Source: Deferribacterales bacterium
Lineage (GTDB): Bacteria; Chrysiogenota; Deferribacteres; Deferribacterales; Geovibrionaceae
DNA length: 45,553 nt
Direction: 5' to 3'
NCBI GenBank assembly: GCA_050253335.1
Contig: JBFWJG010000014.1
Coordinates: 1-45,553, forward strand
Shown here: positions 1 to 8,994 of the stretch, one piece after another
Position numbering within the stretch: position 1 is the first letter of the stretch
Layout of the letters: every line of letters starts with the position of its first letter
Made by a program: the position numbers and the translations under genes
The notes under the pieces: model-generated
The model's database searches: none
Seen by the model: the letters and a program-made list of their open reading frames with translations, nothing else
Told to the model about the DNA's origin: nothing

Positions 1-2669
1 GTGTGACAAAGGCGTATGTTAAAGACGGCGTAATCAAAAGGTTTGTCACCGACGAAACACCCGATCTGAATATAGTCAACGGTGAAAGCGAAGATTTGCC
101 TCAGATGAGAGCATGTATACGCTGCCGCGCGAATACTCAGAGATTTTACCGTAACGACCGTGTTCTTTACCCTCTTAAACAAACCGGTGAAAGGGGCGAT
201 GTAAACGGTTTTATCAGGATTTCATGGGATCAGGCAGCAACAGAAATTGCAGCAAAACTCACCAGCCTTAAGGCTCAGTATGGCGCAAAATCTTTTCTTA
301 GCCAGTATGCTTCCGGCGATGGAACAGAGGTTGCAGGTTCTGCTTCCTGCGCATCCCGTCTGCTTAATCTCATGGGCGGACAGATGACATACCGCAACGA
401 CTACAGCTGGCCATCATTGGAACATACGAGCTGGTTTTTCTTCGGGCAGAATTTTTATTTTCCTCCCGGAAAATCCAGACAGGACGCTTTCAATTCGGAT
501 GCGCTGTTCATTTGGAGCGGAAATTTCGCGGAAAGCATTTGGGGAACAAATACCTCATGGTATATGCAGCAGATTAAGGAAATGGGTACAGAGCTCATTG
601 TTGTTGACAGCAGGGTCTCTCAGACTGTTGTTTCTCACGCCAGTACTCACGCAGCCATTGTTCCCGGAACAGATGCCGCGTTGGCGCAGGCTATTATGCA
701 CGAACTGATAGTAAATACATGGAACACTGACGGTTCATTGAAAGCAGACCCGTGGCTGGACGCTGAGTTCATCCTCAGATATACTCACGGATTTTTCGAT
801 GACGAGGCTTTTACGCTGTATCCTGCAATAGCAAAAACATACCATGCGGATGTGGACAGGAGCACAGATTATATTGTTCCCGACGGTTCTTCCCTCAGTG
901 CTTATATAATGGGTACTGACGACAGGCTTGTTCAGGCAGGGCTTAACGGAGATGTATCTGTTTATCCGTCACAGATAGGCTACAACAACTACAATGCCTA
1001 TGATCCGAATGATAATCTTAAGGATGCCCTTGTTTCCGCCTATGGTAAAGTTGCCAAAACTCCTGAGTGGGCTGAATCTATATGCGGTATACCGGCAGCT
1101 AAAATAAGAGAGTTTGCTGAAATCTTTGCTAAGAAGAAAGTTACCGTCTGGCTTGGCGGCGGCTTCCAGAGGCAGTCAGAAGGCGAGCAGGGACCTCTGA
1201 ACTGCTACGCTCTTGCTGTTATTACTAAAAACTTCGGTTTGCCCGGAAGACACATAGGAGTGTTTGGCGACAGGCAGCCGCTGTCTTTCGGTGTCACATT
1301 CCCTACAGGAACAAATAATGCTTATGGTGACTTCGCAGGAATATATGATTTAACGAAGCTTACAGCTCCGGCATATACCCCTGCCGTGACAAGGGCGTCT
1401 TATCCTGTGTTTATCTGGCCGGATATAGCCAAATACGGCGGTACAGGCAAATCAATGTGGAATGACGGGCAGGTTAAAAATTTCCCCACTGCAATTAAGG
1501 CGATGCTTAATTTCGGAGGAAACGTTCTTGTCAATCAATGCGGTGATTATAATACAGCATCTGAAATCGTTAAGGATAAAAGCGCTGTAGAATTAATTGT
1601 ATCCGCCGACCAGTTCATGACAGGATCGGCAAAATTTTCAGATTATGTTCTTCCTGCTGCTACTGCATTTGAAAAAGAAGGCGCCTGCTCAGGATGGCTT
1701 GCCGGAGATACGCTTATATGTATGAATAAGGCAGTGGAACCTCTCGGTGAAGCATTGCCTGATTATGACATTGTCGCGAAGATTGCGGATAAACTGGGTG
1801 TTCTCAGCGAATACACCGAAGGCAAAACTGTTGATGACTGGAGAAAAGAAGCCATTGAGCCTCTGCTTACAGCTTACAACGCAGGAATGACTTATGATGA
1901 ATGGAAGGAGAAAGGTCTTTTCCATATGGATTCGTCATACGGGACAACTGATCCGCTTGCCGCCTACAGAACGAATCCGGCGGGTGGTGCGCTTTATACT
2001 CCCACCGGAAAGTTTGAAATATATTCTCAGGCTATGGTGGAAGACTACGAAGCGAGATTTTACGATAATGACGATATAAGAATTACCCTTGACGGCGCGC
2101 TTCATGACGGGAAAACAACAGGCAAGTTTGTATACGCAATCCCAATGTTCATTCCCATGCTTGAAGGATGCTTCGCAAACGGTGAAGCTGCTGATCCGCT
2201 CGGCTACAAAACAAATTACCCATACTGCCTTAATGGCTGGCATGTTTATTACCGTTCGCACTCAACCCACTGCAACAATGCCTACATCAATGAAGTTTTC
2301 AAAAAAGACGCTGACGGTAACAGTGCGTATCTGGATCCTGAACGTGAGCTTGGAGAAGTTTGGGACAATAATGTTTATGAACCGATATGGATTAATCCGG
2401 CAGATGCTGTTGCTGAAGGTATTCTTACCGGTGATAGAGTAATTGTTGAAAGTCCGAGAGGCAGTATATATGCAACTGCAGTTGTGACTCAGAGAGTAAG
2501 AGCAGGCTGGCCTGCAATGGGACAAGGCGGCTGGGCTAATGGTGATAATGCTGACGGTAAACCTGATATAGGAGGAGCTATCAATGTTCTCACAAAACTT
2601 CGTCCTTCGAGAATATGTCAGGGTATGACTTTAGGTGCCGACACTCGAATCAATATAAGAAAAGGATAG
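1..2669 (+). CDS. DMSO reductase family molybdopterin oxidoreductase catalytic subunit (DmsA-like), 5'-truncated by the window edge
   Basis: Motifs include RAC (end of the FS0 motif), RVLYPLKQTGERG, ISWDQA, DYS (Ser Mo-ligand position), PGTDAA, KTPEWAESICG, SDYVLPAAT, RSHST and WINPADA. The frame is open to the window start; the signal peptide and first Cys residues are missing. Confidence 0.9.
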   Translation, partial: VTKAYVKDGVIKRFVTDETPDLNIVNGESEDLPQMRACIRCRANTQRFYRNDRVLYPLKQTGERGDVNGFIRISWDQAATEIAAKLTSLKAQYGAKSFLSQYASGDGTEVAGSASCASRLLNLMGGQMTYRNDYSWPSLEHTSWFFFGQNFYFPPGKSRQDAFNSDALFIWSGNFAESIWGTNTSWYMQQIKEMGTELIVVDSRVSQTVVSHASTHAAIVPGTDAALAQAIMHELIVNTWNTDGSLKADPWLDAEFILRYTHGFFDDEAFTLYPAIAKTYHADVDRSTDYIVPDGSSLSAYIMGTDDRLVQAGLNGDVSVYPSQIGYNNYNAYDPNDNLKDALVSAYGKVAKTPEWAESICGIPAAKIREFAEIFAKKKVTVWLGGGFQRQSEGEQGPLNCYALAVITKNFGLPGRHIGVFGDRQPLSFGVTFPTGTNNAYGDFAGIYDLTKLTAPAYTPAVTRASYPVFIWPDIAKYGGTGKSMWNDGQVKNFPTAIKAMLNFGGNVLVNQCGDYNTASEIVKDKSAVELIVSADQFMTGSAKFSDYVLPAATAFEKEGACSGWLAGDTLICMNKAVEPLGEALPDYDIVAKIADKLGVLSEYTEGKTVDDWRKEAIEPLLTAYNAGMTYDEWKEKGLFHMDSSYGTTDPLAAYRTNPAGGALYTPTGKFEIYSQAMVEDYEARFYDNDDIRITLDGALHDGKTTGKFVYAIPMFIPMLEGCFANGEAADPLGYKTNYPYCLNGWHVYYRSHSTHCNNAYINEVFKKDADGNSAYLDPERELGEVWDNNVYEPIWINPADAVAEGILTGDRVIVESPRGSIYATAVVTQRVRAGWPAMGQGGWANGDNADGKPDIGGAINVLTKLRPSRICQGMTLGADTRINIRKG

Positions 2670-2682
2670 GCGGAGGAATACC

Positions 2683-3300
2683 ATGGCTAAACAGATGGCA
2701 TTTTACTTTGATCAGAACAGATGTATGGGCTGCAACACGTGTGTTGTGGCATGTAAAGACTGGAATAATGTTAAACCCGGCAAGGCAAGCTGGAGAAAAC
2801 TGAATATTACTGAAAGCGGCGCTTTCCCCGATGTTAAGGTTTTCAACCTTGTCCTTTCCTGCAACCACTGCGCAAACCCTGCCTGCACGGCAGCCTGCCC
2901 CGTGGGAGCGATTTATAAAAGAGCCGAGGACGGCATAGTAATAGTAGACCGCGACAAGTGCCAGAACATCCGTTCCTGTGTTGTTGCGTGCCCTTACGGA
3001 GCGCCGCAGTTCGGCGACGACCAGTCAGAGCCCGTTAAAAAGGCAAGCTGGGCTGTTGCTCACCCCGTACAGAAATGTACTTTCTGCTGGGACAGGCTTG
3101 ACGACGGTCTTGCTCCCTCCTGCGTTGCATCATGCCCGCAGAGAGCCCTTGACTTCGGCACAGTGGAAGAGATCAGCGCGAAATACCCCACGGCAGTGAG
3201 AACTGCGGTAGGTATGCCTGATTCATCAAAAGACTCCAACGGTAACACGCTTACCTCAGGAGATACAGTACCCTCCATTTTCTTTAAACCTAAGAACTAG
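2683..3300 (+). CDS. dmsB: DmsB-like four-cluster Fe-S electron transfer subunit
   Basis: Cys groups CMGCNTCVVAC, CNHCANPACTAACP, CQNIRSCVVACP and KCTFC..PSCVASCP. The third group lacks one Cys. GGAGG RBS. Confidence 0.9.
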   Translation: MAKQMAFYFDQNRCMGCNTCVVACKDWNNVKPGKASWRKLNITESGAFPDVKVFNLVLSCNHCANPACTAACPVGAIYKRAEDGIVIVDRDKCQNIRSCVVACPYGAPQFGDDQSEPVKKASWAVAHPVQKCTFCWDRLDDGLAPSCVASCPQRALDFGTVEEISAKYPTAVRTAVGMPDSSKDSNGNTLTSGDTVPSIFFKPKN

Positions 3301-3317
3301 GAGCCGTAACAACCAAG

Positions 3318-3355
3318 AAATACCGCCCTCTCACGGGGGCGGTATTTTTATTTTT
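3318..3355 (+). terminator. Rho-independent terminator after dmsB
   Basis: AAATACCGCCC / GGGCGGTATTT stem followed by a T-rich tail. Confidence 0.85.
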
Positions 3356-3426
3356 AAAGCCTTGTGAAATATGGCAGTAAGTTATATTTTGTCTGCTGAG
3401 CAAAGACATTAAAAGAAGGAAATTTC

Positions 3427-4734
3427 ATGATAACAGACATAAATGCGATGACCTTAGACTTGATTAAGAACAAAACTTTCAGGGAAGACGCCGAAAGGTA
3501 TGTGAAGCAGTACGCCGATTTTATGCAGTTTGCCGAAGATTCGGGAATCAGTGCAGACGGGGGAGCCTCCTCTGACAGCATAACCGCTGAGAGATTCTTA
3601 AAAATGAGTCGGATTAAGGGCTATAACGCAAAAAGTCTTTCTTACGGTTATCTCTCCCCCGCCTGCATTGACTGCCGAACCGGGGAAAATTCCAAGACCG
3701 TTTTTCATACACTGACATGCAACAGAGACTGCTACTTCTGCGCGAACATGAATCAGGAGCAGTATGACTATTACACGAAAAATATAAACGATGCCGAAGC
3801 TGAGCTTGACGCCTCCATGGAAGGAAAAAAGGTTTCCTCCATAGCCCTTACCGGCGGCGAGCCCCTTCTTCTGCCTGAGAAGGCTGTAAATTTTTTCAGG
3901 CACGCATCTGAAAAATATCCCGATGCCCATAAGCGTCTTTACACCAACGGGGATCTGCTTACGGACGAACTTGCGCAGCAGCTTGCCTCTGCGGGGCTGA
4001 ATGAAATACGCATAAGCGTCAAGATGGACAAGGACGGCTACCCCGCTGAAACACTTGAGAAACTGAAAACAGCAAGAAAGCACATACCCGCCGTGATGGT
4101 GGAGATGCCTGTTGTTCCCGGCACTCTGGAACATATGAAGGATCTGCTCCTTAAAATGGACGAAATAGGGTGTGACGGCATAAATATACTTGAATTCCTC
4201 TATCCGTGGACGGATGCTGAGGAATACAAAAAACTTGGATTTAAAATAAAGCAGCGCCCCTACCGTGTGCTGTATTCATACACATACTCCGGCGGTCTGC
4301 CCATAGCCGGAAGCGAGGAGGAATGCCTTCAGCTTCTTGAGTTCGCCCTTGAAAAAGAGCTGAAGCTGGGCGTTCATTACTGCTCGCTGGAAAACAAGCT
4401 CACTTCGCAGATTTACTTCCAGAACTCCTCCACTAAGCTGATGCCTTTTGAAGTGATGTCCGGAAAGGACTTCTTCATAAAGATTGCCCGTGTTTATGGC
4501 AGCAGCGCGGGAAAGGTGCAGAAGTTTCTCTCGAAAAAGGGTGTTCCCTTTCAGCGTATTGCGGGTTCGGATGCCCTTGAGTTCCATCCCAGATATCTTT
4601 CCGAGCTGAAAGGTGTGGATGAAGCGGCGCTGACATACAACATAGTGGAGTCTGACGGAAAGTCCTCCTTTATGCGTGAACTTAAAATAGATTTGGTTAA
4701 TCCGGCTTTATTTGACTATGATGAAGATATATGA
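3427..4734 (+). CDS. Radical SAM protein (COG2108-like, PFL-activase-related, uncharacterised)
   Basis: CxxxCxxC (TCNRDCYFC), GGEP, LYTNG, an extra N-terminal CxxC (LSPACIDC) and a C-terminal HYCS. Confidence 0.88.
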   Translation: MITDINAMTLDLIKNKTFREDAERYVKQYADFMQFAEDSGISADGGASSDSITAERFLKMSRIKGYNAKSLSYGYLSPACIDCRTGENSKTVFHTLTCNRDCYFCANMNQEQYDYYTKNINDAEAELDASMEGKKVSSIALTGGEPLLLPEKAVNFFRHASEKYPDAHKRLYTNGDLLTDELAQQLASAGLNEIRISVKMDKDGYPAETLEKLKTARKHIPAVMVEMPVVPGTLEHMKDLLLKMDEIGCDGINILEFLYPWTDAEEYKKLGFKIKQRPYRVLYSYTYSGGLPIAGSEEECLQLLEFALEKELKLGVHYCSLENKLTSQIYFQNSSTKLMPFEVMSGKDFFIKIARVYGSSAGKVQKFLSKKGVPFQRIAGSDALEFHPRYLSELKGVDEAALTYNIVESDGKSSFMRELKIDLVNPALFDYDEDI

Positions 4735-4743
4735 GGTGACGTT

Positions 4744-5439
4744 ATGAACGTTAATGAGATATGTGAAACACACAAAGGAAGAGATGTAACTTTCAATATT
4801 TTTTCAAGGATATTTATCGATGTGCCGGACGATTTTTCCGACAGATTGACTGCGGATACATGCGCTTATCTTCTCTCCATTGCGGAGGCCTCTGAAAACG
4901 GTGATCTTAAAAAAGGCGCTCAGATTCTCAATACGCTTCTGCCCGCCGATAAGTCAGGGATGGAGGGCTGGTTTGCCTCAAGCAGGCTGGACAGGGCAAA
5001 GGACTTCACTTTCCTTTTCGTTCTGGGACAGGGCTCCGTCTCTGTTTATGAATCTGTCTACCGCTCCCCTGAGAAGCTGATCAAGCAGGAGCCCTGGAGC
5101 GAGGTCAAGGCGGCTTACGCTGTGAACGGATTCAAAAAAGCCGAAGGCAATAAAACCATAGAGGATCATATCTCCCTTGAGCTTCAGTTTATGGGACTGC
5201 TCAGCAAAAAAGCCGCAGAACTCATTTCTGGCGAGGATTTTGACGGAGCCGAGGCCAAGCTGAAAGCACAGAAAGACTTTTACGACAATCACATCATAAA
5301 ATGGATTCCTGATTTCTGCGATCAGGTGATATCAAAAAGCGAAAGGCTCCACTCACAGTTTTACGTTGCGTACGCATACCTTCTGAAAGGCTTTCTCACT
5401 GAGGATATGCTGTTTCTGGAAGATTTGCTCGGAGAATAG
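4744..5439 (+). CDS. TorD/DmsD family redox enzyme maturation chaperone
   Basis: YESVY and EDHISLELQFM motifs and HIIKWIPDF; adjacent to a molybdoenzyme locus. Confidence 0.9.
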   Translation: MNVNEICETHKGRDVTFNIFSRIFIDVPDDFSDRLTADTCAYLLSIAEASENGDLKKGAQILNTLLPADKSGMEGWFASSRLDRAKDFTFLFVLGQGSVSVYESVYRSPEKLIKQEPWSEVKAAYAVNGFKKAEGNKTIEDHISLELQFMGLLSKKAAELISGEDFDGAEAKLKAQKDFYDNHIIKWIPDFCDQVISKSERLHSQFYVAYAYLLKGFLTEDMLFLEDLLGE

Positions 5440-5444
5440 ATTCC

Positions 5445-6470
5445 ATGCGTGTTGTGGAAGGTGTATTTGAAAAACTTTCCGAATATTTCGTCATAAACAG
5501 TGCTCTTTGCGTGCGGGTGCGCCATAAAAACGCCTCCTGCACCGCCTGCACTGATGTATGCCCCGCCGGAGCTGTGAAAATCACCCGTGCGGGGGGCAAG
5601 GTGCTTGTGGACTGGTCGGTCTGCACTGACTGCGGTAAATGTGTAAATGTCTGCATGAACAGTGTATTTACCCTCCGCAGGGCGGACACGGCACGCATAA
5701 GCGCATCCGCCGCGGAACAGATCAAGGCTGAGGGCAGTGTTAGATATTCCTGCGCCCGTTCGAAATCAGCCGAAAACACAGCCAAGGTTTCCGCTCTGGC
5801 TTATATCAGCCGCAGGCAGATAATCAAAGCCGCGTCCGAAGGGGCAAAAAGGCAGGAGTTCATCCACGGAGACTGTTCAGTCTGTCCGGCGGGAGGCTGC
5901 ATTGACATGCTGACCGGCGAGCTTGAAGCCGCTTCGAAGATTCTGGAACTCTGCGGAAAAGAACCTGCATTCCTCATAAGAAAACCGGACGAAGCGCCTC
6001 TGCCTAAGAAGAAGAGCAGGCTTGCAGAAAGGCTGGGCGGAAAGCAGGATATTAAACTGAGCCGTCGAGAGTTTTTCGGATTTCTCCGAACCGGAGCGGA
6101 AAAATCGGTGGGCAGAACCCTTCACTACCTCGGGGAGAACGACTCAAACCGTCAGAAAACTGTGCTGGAAGTGAAAGAAACCGTCGCTCCGCACAGGGAG
6201 TTTCTTCAGTCTCTGGAGTCTCTGGGCGGTGATATTCTCATAAGGAATATGCAGAGGGAAGGGCTTTTGAAGCGCGCCGAAATCAGCGCTGATAAATGCG
6301 CCAAATGCGGAATATGCGCCCGCATGTGTCCGTTTCAGATCTTTGAGCCGGTCACGGAGATAATAAAAGGGCGTGAAATCACTCGGGAGATAAATGTTAA
6401 ATCCGTCGGCTGCACCGGCTGCGGACTCTGTGTTATTTCCTGTCCTTACGGTGCGGTAAGCGTCCGCTGA
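5445..6470 (+). CDS. Polyferredoxin-like 4Fe-4S protein
   Basis: CTACTDVCP, CTDCGKCVNVC, GDCSVCP, CAKCGICARMCP and CTGCGLCVISCP, plus an internal SRREFF. Confidence 0.85.
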   Translation: MRVVEGVFEKLSEYFVINSALCVRVRHKNASCTACTDVCPAGAVKITRAGGKVLVDWSVCTDCGKCVNVCMNSVFTLRRADTARISASAAEQIKAEGSVRYSCARSKSAENTAKVSALAYISRRQIIKAASEGAKRQEFIHGDCSVCPAGGCIDMLTGELEAASKILELCGKEPAFLIRKPDEAPLPKKKSRLAERLGGKQDIKLSRREFFGFLRTGAEKSVGRTLHYLGENDSNRQKTVLEVKETVAPHREFLQSLESLGGDILIRNMQREGLLKRAEISADKCAKCGICARMCPFQIFEPVTEIIKGREITREINVKSVGCTGCGLCVISCPYGAVSVR

Positions 6471-6539
6471 CTTTCTTAGAAACACTCTTAACTTTAAAGA
6501 AATCCCGTTTTGTGCTAGGTTTTTCAGGTGGAGGACGCC

Positions 6540-7850
6540 ATGAGAAAAACCGCTGTTTTCAAATCAGTTCTTTCCGAAGACGATTCGCTGGACAGAGCCT
6601 GCAAAAGCATACCTGAAGAGGCATGCAGACATTCCGCCCGCAATTACAAGGCAAACCTGCTGAACGGTGCGGCATCCAAACTCGCCGAACAGACAGCCGG
6701 ACCTAATCTGGTTATTCCGTGGCTTTTGCAGTCCATAGGAGCCCCTGTGTGGATTCTGGGCTTCGTTATGCCTCTCAAGCAGACCTTCTCCCTCCTTCCT
6801 CAGATGGTTACGGCGGGTTATATCAGAACCCTGAGCATCCGCAAAACCGTCTGGACGGTTTCGGGATTCGTTCAGGCTTTGTGCCTTCTTCTCATGATTC
6901 CTTCCGCAATGTATCTTCCCCCTGTACAGGCCGGTTTTTCCGTGCTTCTGCTTCTTGCTGTTTTCAGCACGGCAAGCGGAACTGCTTCTGTGGCGTTTCA
7001 GGATGTTCTCGGGAAAACGGTGGACAAAGGGCAGAGAGGAAGGCTTCTTTCTGCCAGAGCATTCGCCGGAGGAATACTGACGATTGCCGCCGGACTTGTT
7101 ATCAGCAGGCTCAAAGGCGGTTCGCTCACCACTCTTTATGCACTGCTTGTTTTCGGAGCGGTGCTTTGGATAATCTCCTCCCTTTTCTTCCACAGCATCA
7201 AGGAATACCCGGGCTCGGTAAAAGGTGGCAGAAACGCTGTTAAGGAAACGGCGGCGGGTTTTGCGCTTTTCAGGAAATACAAAGGCTTCCGGCAGTATCT
7301 CTATGCGAGAGCAGCCCTGAACATAATCGAAGTCGCAGTGCCTTTCTACGCGTTTTACGCCTCTGAGCTTCTGGGCACTTCCAAAGCGGGGCTCGGGCTT
7401 TTTATGACGGCAATCGGGGTCTCACAGGTAATCAGCAGCCCCTTCTGGGGCAGGGCGGCGGACGAGACAAGCCGCAAGGTGATGATCCAGAGCGCCCTTA
7501 TATCCGCTGCCGCCGCTTTCACTGCTGTTGTCTGTTATTTTCTTACGGATAATCTGGCTGTTTACGCCGGACTTCTCACTGCGTTTGTCCTCATAGGGCT
7601 TGCTGAAGCGGGGGTAAGGCTGGGCAGAAAGACTTATCTTGTGGACGCGACCCCTGCGGAGAATAAAGCGACTTTCACTGCATTCAGCAACAGCATGGTC
7701 GGTGTGCTGACTCTTTTCACCGGTCTGCTCGGTCTTCTGGCGGAGAAAACAGGTTCAGCGGGAATAATCGCCGTTATCGGCGCCGCATCCCTTCTGGCGG
7801 TGTTTGCCGCCGCCCGTATGCCCGAAGCGGATAATATGCTTAAAGAGTGA
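6540..7850 (+). CDS. MFS transporter
   Basis: About 12 hydrophobic segments and a WGRAADETSRK motif-A-like loop. ATG at 6540 follows GGAGG; the ORF track starts at GTG 6528. Confidence 0.85.
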   Translation: MRKTAVFKSVLSEDDSLDRACKSIPEEACRHSARNYKANLLNGAASKLAEQTAGPNLVIPWLLQSIGAPVWILGFVMPLKQTFSLLPQMVTAGYIRTLSIRKTVWTVSGFVQALCLLLMIPSAMYLPPVQAGFSVLLLLAVFSTASGTASVAFQDVLGKTVDKGQRGRLLSARAFAGGILTIAAGLVISRLKGGSLTTLYALLVFGAVLWIISSLFFHSIKEYPGSVKGGRNAVKETAAGFALFRKYKGFRQYLYARAALNIIEVAVPFYAFYASELLGTSKAGLGLFMTAIGVSQVISSPFWGRAADETSRKVMIQSALISAAAAFTAVVCYFLTDNLAVYAGLLTAFVLIGLAEAGVRLGRKTYLVDATPAENKATFTAFSNSMVGVLTLFTGLLGLLAEKTGSAGIIAVIGAASLLAVFAAARMPEADNMLKE

Positions 7851-7874
7851 TTTTTCAGAGATTAAAAAAACTCC

Positions 7875-7910
7875 TTGACTTTCCTTAAATCTAAAGTTAG
7901 ATAACCTGAA
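7875..7910 (+). promoter_or_regulatory. Putative sigma70 promoter of fldA with overlapping palindrome
   Basis: TTGACT-17 nt-TAGATA, with an ATCTAA-AG-TTAGAT inverted repeat at 7889-7902. Confidence 0.45.
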
Positions 7911-7963
7911 CAAACATAAGCGAATCTAAATGCACAAGGCAAATTTAAATAACGGAGGAGCCA

Positions 7964-8479
7964 ATGAGTAAAGCAGGTATTTTTTACGGCAGCAGCACAG
8001 GCGTCACCAAAAGCGCGGCGGATGCAATTGCAAAAGAGCTTAAAAAGAACAATATAGATGCGGACGTTCACAGTGCGGGCGATGCAGATATTTCCACAAT
8101 TACCTCATACAGCAGAATAATCCTCGGCACATCCACATGGGGGATGGGCGATCTTCAGGATGACTGGGAAGCTCTCAAAAAGCCCCTTGCAAACGCCGAC
8201 CTCAGCGGGAAGACAGTTGCTCTCTTCGGCTCCGGAGATCAGGACGGCTATCCAGATACTTTTGTTGACGGCATAGGCATACTCTATGATGCTGTCTCCT
8301 CCGCAGGGGCTAATGTTGTGGGTTTTGTGTCCACAGACGGCTATTCCTATGATGCGTCCCTCGCAGAGAGAGACGGCGAGTTTGTAGGGCTTCCCATTGA
8401 CGAGGACAATCAGGCGGATATGACGGATGAGCGCATCAAGGCATGGGTCGCATCTATCTGCGAATCCTTCGCGGGCTGA
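7964..8479 (+). CDS. fldA: Long-chain flavodoxin
   Basis: IFYGSSTGVT, GTSTWGMGDLQDDW, ALFGSGDQDGYPDTFVDG and GLPIDEDNQ. Confidence 0.95.
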   Translation: MSKAGIFYGSSTGVTKSAADAIAKELKKNNIDADVHSAGDADISTITSYSRIILGTSTWGMGDLQDDWEALKKPLANADLSGKTVALFGSGDQDGYPDTFVDGIGILYDAVSSAGANVVGFVSTDGYSYDASLAERDGEFVGLPIDEDNQADMTDERIKAWVASICESFAG

Positions 8480-8480
8480 C

Positions 8481-8822
8481 ATGCAGGTTTTCAGCCATCA
8501 TCTGTATGAATATAAAAAAGGGCTCCGCAGTCTGATTCTTCACACCGCAAAGGCTGAGCTTAAACCTTTGTTCGAGAAAAAACTGAAAAGGAACGAAATA
8601 GCTTATTTCATACAGGATATTGATGATATCCGCTTTAACATCTTCTTCGGGGACGAAAACTGCGTCAATGTTGTGAAGCAGTTCGGTGTTTCTCTGAACA
8701 AGCTCACGGATGAGCAGGATTTTATCCTCGGAGTTATGCTCGGATACGACAGAATTCTCCAGTGCAAAAGATACCTCTCCCGCAAATCAGCCGCCGGAAA
8801 ATGCGGCAGAATGGCAGTGTAA
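8481..8822 (+). CDS. DUF2023-like protein (flavodoxin-associated)
   Basis: MQVFSHHLYEYKKGLRSLIL...DFILGVMLGYDRILQCKRYL. ATG lies 1 nt after the fldA stop; the ORF track over-extends to 8427. Confidence 0.8.
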   Translation: MQVFSHHLYEYKKGLRSLILHTAKAELKPLFEKKLKRNEIAYFIQDIDDIRFNIFFGDENCVNVVKQFGVSLNKLTDEQDFILGVMLGYDRILQCKRYLSRKSAAGKCGRMAV

Positions 8823-8882
8823 ATCCCTGAGGCGCAGTCTTCTGCCCTGCGCCTGTGTTGATAGTATTATTCAAACCCCTGA

Positions 8883-8914
8883 GGCGGACATTTCCCTGTG
8901 TCCGCCGTTTTTTT
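8883..8914 (+). terminator. Rho-independent terminator of the fldA operon (preceded by a second hairpin at 8830-8854)
   Basis: GGCGGACA / TGTCCGCC stem, then G and T7. Confidence 0.85.
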
Positions 8915-8994
8915 ATTGAGCTCCGGAAACACTTTTCATTTGGTAAACTCACGGTCTAATAAGGATTTCAAAGGAATTTTAACTCAGAAATAGC

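Noticed and set aside
1..2669. Apparently lower GC and more T-ending codons in dmsA as a sign of horizontal transfer
   Set aside because: This is an impression only and was not computed. There are no mobility genes or boundary repeats, and expression-related codon bias could explain it.
3427..4734. Radical SAM protein as MoaA or as a RiPP maturase
   Set aside because: It lacks the MoaA twitch Cys motif and C-terminal GG, has no SPASM motif, and no plausible precursor peptide ORF is nearby.
8858..8874. TTGATAGTATTATTCAA as a deltaproteobacterial-type Fur box
   Set aside because: It has four mismatches to WTGAAAATNATTTTCAW, lies inside the 3' hairpin region before the terminator, and is about 120 nt from the next -35. 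It is not excluded but is poorly placed.
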